Position numbers and translations under genes: made by a program
Notes under the pieces: model-generated
What the model saw: only the letters and a program-made list of their open reading frames with translations
Database searches by the model: none
What the model was told of the DNA's origin: nothing
Shown here: piece by piece, positions 61,470-64,000 of the stretch
How positions within the stretch are numbered: position 1 is the first letter of the stretch
How the letters are laid out: each line of letters starts with the position of its first letter
From: Octopus sinensis
Taxonomy: Eukaryota
DNA: 64,000 nt
Reading direction: 5' to 3'
NCBI RefSeq assembly: GCF_006345805.1
Contig: NC_043000.1
Location: forward strand, 164,300,001-164,364,000

Positions 61470-63069
61470 GTAAGTATTTATTCTGTTGTATTGTTCACAA
61501 AAACAATTCTATGGAAAAGAGTATATTATCATCATTTTTACATCCACTTTTTTGTGCTGGCATGGGTTAAATGGGTTGACATATTCTGTATAAGTTTTTA
61601 CTTGGAGATATTACCTTCCTAGACAGGTCGGGGGCCATATCTCATTCATACATTCCATTTTATTTAGCATTCAATCATTACATAGTATGAGGTACATTTT
61701 AACATAGTACCAGCACTAGAGCAGTTGTTGTCTTCCTAGCAAAGCTAAAGACTCTTCTCTCCACTACAACATTGTTGCTGTTCATTCACTGGCACCTGAG
61801 GGGTTATCTTGTCCCTGACATGACTAAAGAGGGTGCCTAATTCCTTTTCTTGTCTCCATCTGTTTGATCCTTTCTTTTCCATACAACTAGTTGTCACATC
61901 CCTGGCCCTAGAAGGAAATGGTCTGTGATTGAACTAAAGACACTCATTTCCCTGCTTCAATCTCGTCTAGATTTTTCGAAAGATCTTCTTCCCCTTGCAT
62001 CAGTCTCTATTCGTATTATTCATCGATCAACATATTAGGCTTGATGCCTGAGTGGGAATTGAGTTTCATAGCTTCAGTATAAACTGTTGCTTATAGGAGT
62101 TGCTTCCATTTTCATTCTTATAAGCAGCTTTACATGTTAAGAAGTTTTATTGAGATAATCTAGTATTGCCTTTAATATCCTGCCTAGGTTAGAGTGAAGA
62201 TGACTGAGTAGGAGGAGTTTCCCCATACCACTCTGCAAGAGAGGCCAGAATGTGTTAATGCCCCCTTAGCACTATGTGGTGTGGTAGGGAGTTTTATATA
62301 GACAACCGAGTATCTCTAATACTAATTTTTTTTTTATCAGAGAAGAGCCTAATATCAGTTAGGAAAACAGTTGTCCCAAGTACTGTCTTTCGGGGCTAAG
62401 AGTATTTCTTACACACAGCATCATCTGTTGCAGTTTTAATGACAGATTGGCATAAAGTTGTTAGCCGCAAACAAACTGAGGCTGTTTCCATGGAACTAAA
62501 TTATGCATTTAGATAAAGAGAGATTTATTGTATTTGTCCAGGCTTATAAACCAATGTCTGATAATCCCCCATAGTCAGAATGAATGATATAATTAGAGAG
62601 GGAAACATGATGGTTGTTGGCAAGGAGATTGAATTAACAAAACATGGTATTGTCCTTTGCCATCTCCTTCATGAAATTCAGTTTATTGGGATTAGCTGTC
62701 ATCAGTTCCTCCTACGCCTTCTCTCTCTCTTCTACATCTTCCATCCAGTTGCAATCTAGCATTTTACATATGTATAGGTACGTCCATCAAAACACAGTCT
62801 TCTCTCTTCCACCTTTCATCTGATTCTTAATATACCCAGTTTTCCTCTCATCTCTTTTCTCCTCTGTCCTCATTCATACACATTCAACAGAGCATACTCA
62901 TCTCATTTCTCTGTAGCATTTATAAATCTTCTGCACTCAACGCCCTTCTCTCTCCACCGTGTAACTTCACTCTTTATACAGAAGCTTCAGTGTATGCGAG
63001 TGAGAAAGCGAGAGAGAGAGGCATTCTGAATTGCTAGCAAAGTTACCAGCTCTCTTGCTCCCCTTCTCA

Positions 63070-63106
<37 letters not shown>

Positions 63107-63654
63107 CCTTTATATTTTTGAGTGAGGTCCTCTTCTAACAACTGTGCCATCTTCACTAATCCTGCTACTCACTACCCCTCTCTTTTGCGTCCTTCTTTTT
63201 CCCCCCAACTCATCACTCTTTGATCATCTACCCTTCAACTCTACCTCATCTTTGCTTCCCCATCACTTTGCATCCCCTCCCATCATTCTCCTTCCCATAC
63301 AGTCTTGCACTCTGATTCTTCAACTCATTTTGTGCCTTCTGAAGTTATCTAGACTTCGCATTGCCATTATCTGTCTCTTGCTATTCCCATTGTTCATTTT
63401 TCTCTTTCTCTCCCTTTCCACTACTAGACATGAGTAGCCGGCAGATTCTCTCCCCCCACCACCACTTCTCATACTTCAATTTCTTCATCCACTAGCATGA
63501 AGCTGATCCTCACCTCATCCCAAGGTTTGTAGTTCTGCAAGCTGCATGGCAACCTCAATAGTGCAGGCAGCATGTATAGAAAGCACCTGGTCCACACTGT
63601 AAAGTGGTTGATGTTAAGAAGGGCAAGCTGACGGAACCGTTGGCATGCCGGGCA

Positions 63655-64000
63655 AAATGCTTAGCAGTATTTCATCTGCTGCTACGTTCTGAGTTTAAAT
63701 TCCGCCAAGGTCGACTTTGCCTTTCATCCTTTTGGGGTTGATGAATTAAGGACCACTTACACATTTGAGTCAATGCAATCGACTGCCCCCCCCCCATCCT
63801 TCCCCACAAAATTTTCAAGGCCTTGTGCCTAAAGTAGAAATGACAGTAGTTATTATTATTATTATTATTATGGTGGCAAGCAGGCAGAATCATTAGCACG
63901 CCAGGCAAAATGCTTTGCGGAATTTTGTCTGTTGTCATGTTCTGAGTTCAAATTCTGCTAAGGTCAACTTCACCTTCCATCCTTTTAGGGGTCGATAAAT
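63655..64000 (-). mobile_element. Two adjacent SINE-like repeats separated by an (ATT)n tract
   Basis: Reverse-complement family cores at about 63655..63835 and 63865..64000. Confidence 0.75.

Overview
AT-rich, microsatellite- and transposon-dense eukaryotic DNA. The SINE/RTE repertoire suggests Octopus or another coleoid cephalopod (inference from recalled repeat families; no search was run). Host genes: (1) a six-coding-exon ATP5IF1 (mitochondrial ATPase inhibitor IF1, 103 aa) on the minus strand, join(18873..18916,15523..15562,10868..10893,9809..9872,8363..8443,6387..6443), assembled by hand from GT-AG sites; (2) an uninterrupted 828-aa KAT14/CSRP2BP/ATAC2 ORF (29412..31898, +) behind a 56-bp x6 minisatellite; (3) an unidentified minus-strand spliced ORF near 39-46 kb; (4) the first coding exon of a claudin/PMP22-like membrane protein (60986..61469, +). 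Most of the rest is decayed mobile DNA: Penelope-like, RTE, CR1-like, R4-like and Tx1 retroelements, Tigger, hAT, Tc1/mariner, a Helitron, MITEs and SINEs. Main oddities: a tRNA-headed SINE carrying a decayed Penelope-type hammerhead motif; RTE LINEs with a C4HC3 PHD finger inside the RT region; a perfect 124-bp inverted duplication in an ATP5IF1 intron; an R-to-C change in the KAT14 acetyl-CoA loop; a four-fold nested hAT with a perfect 8-bp TSD; and two furin-like sites in the claudin-like loop. No prokaryotic-type systems (CRISPR, rRNA, intact tRNA) are supported.
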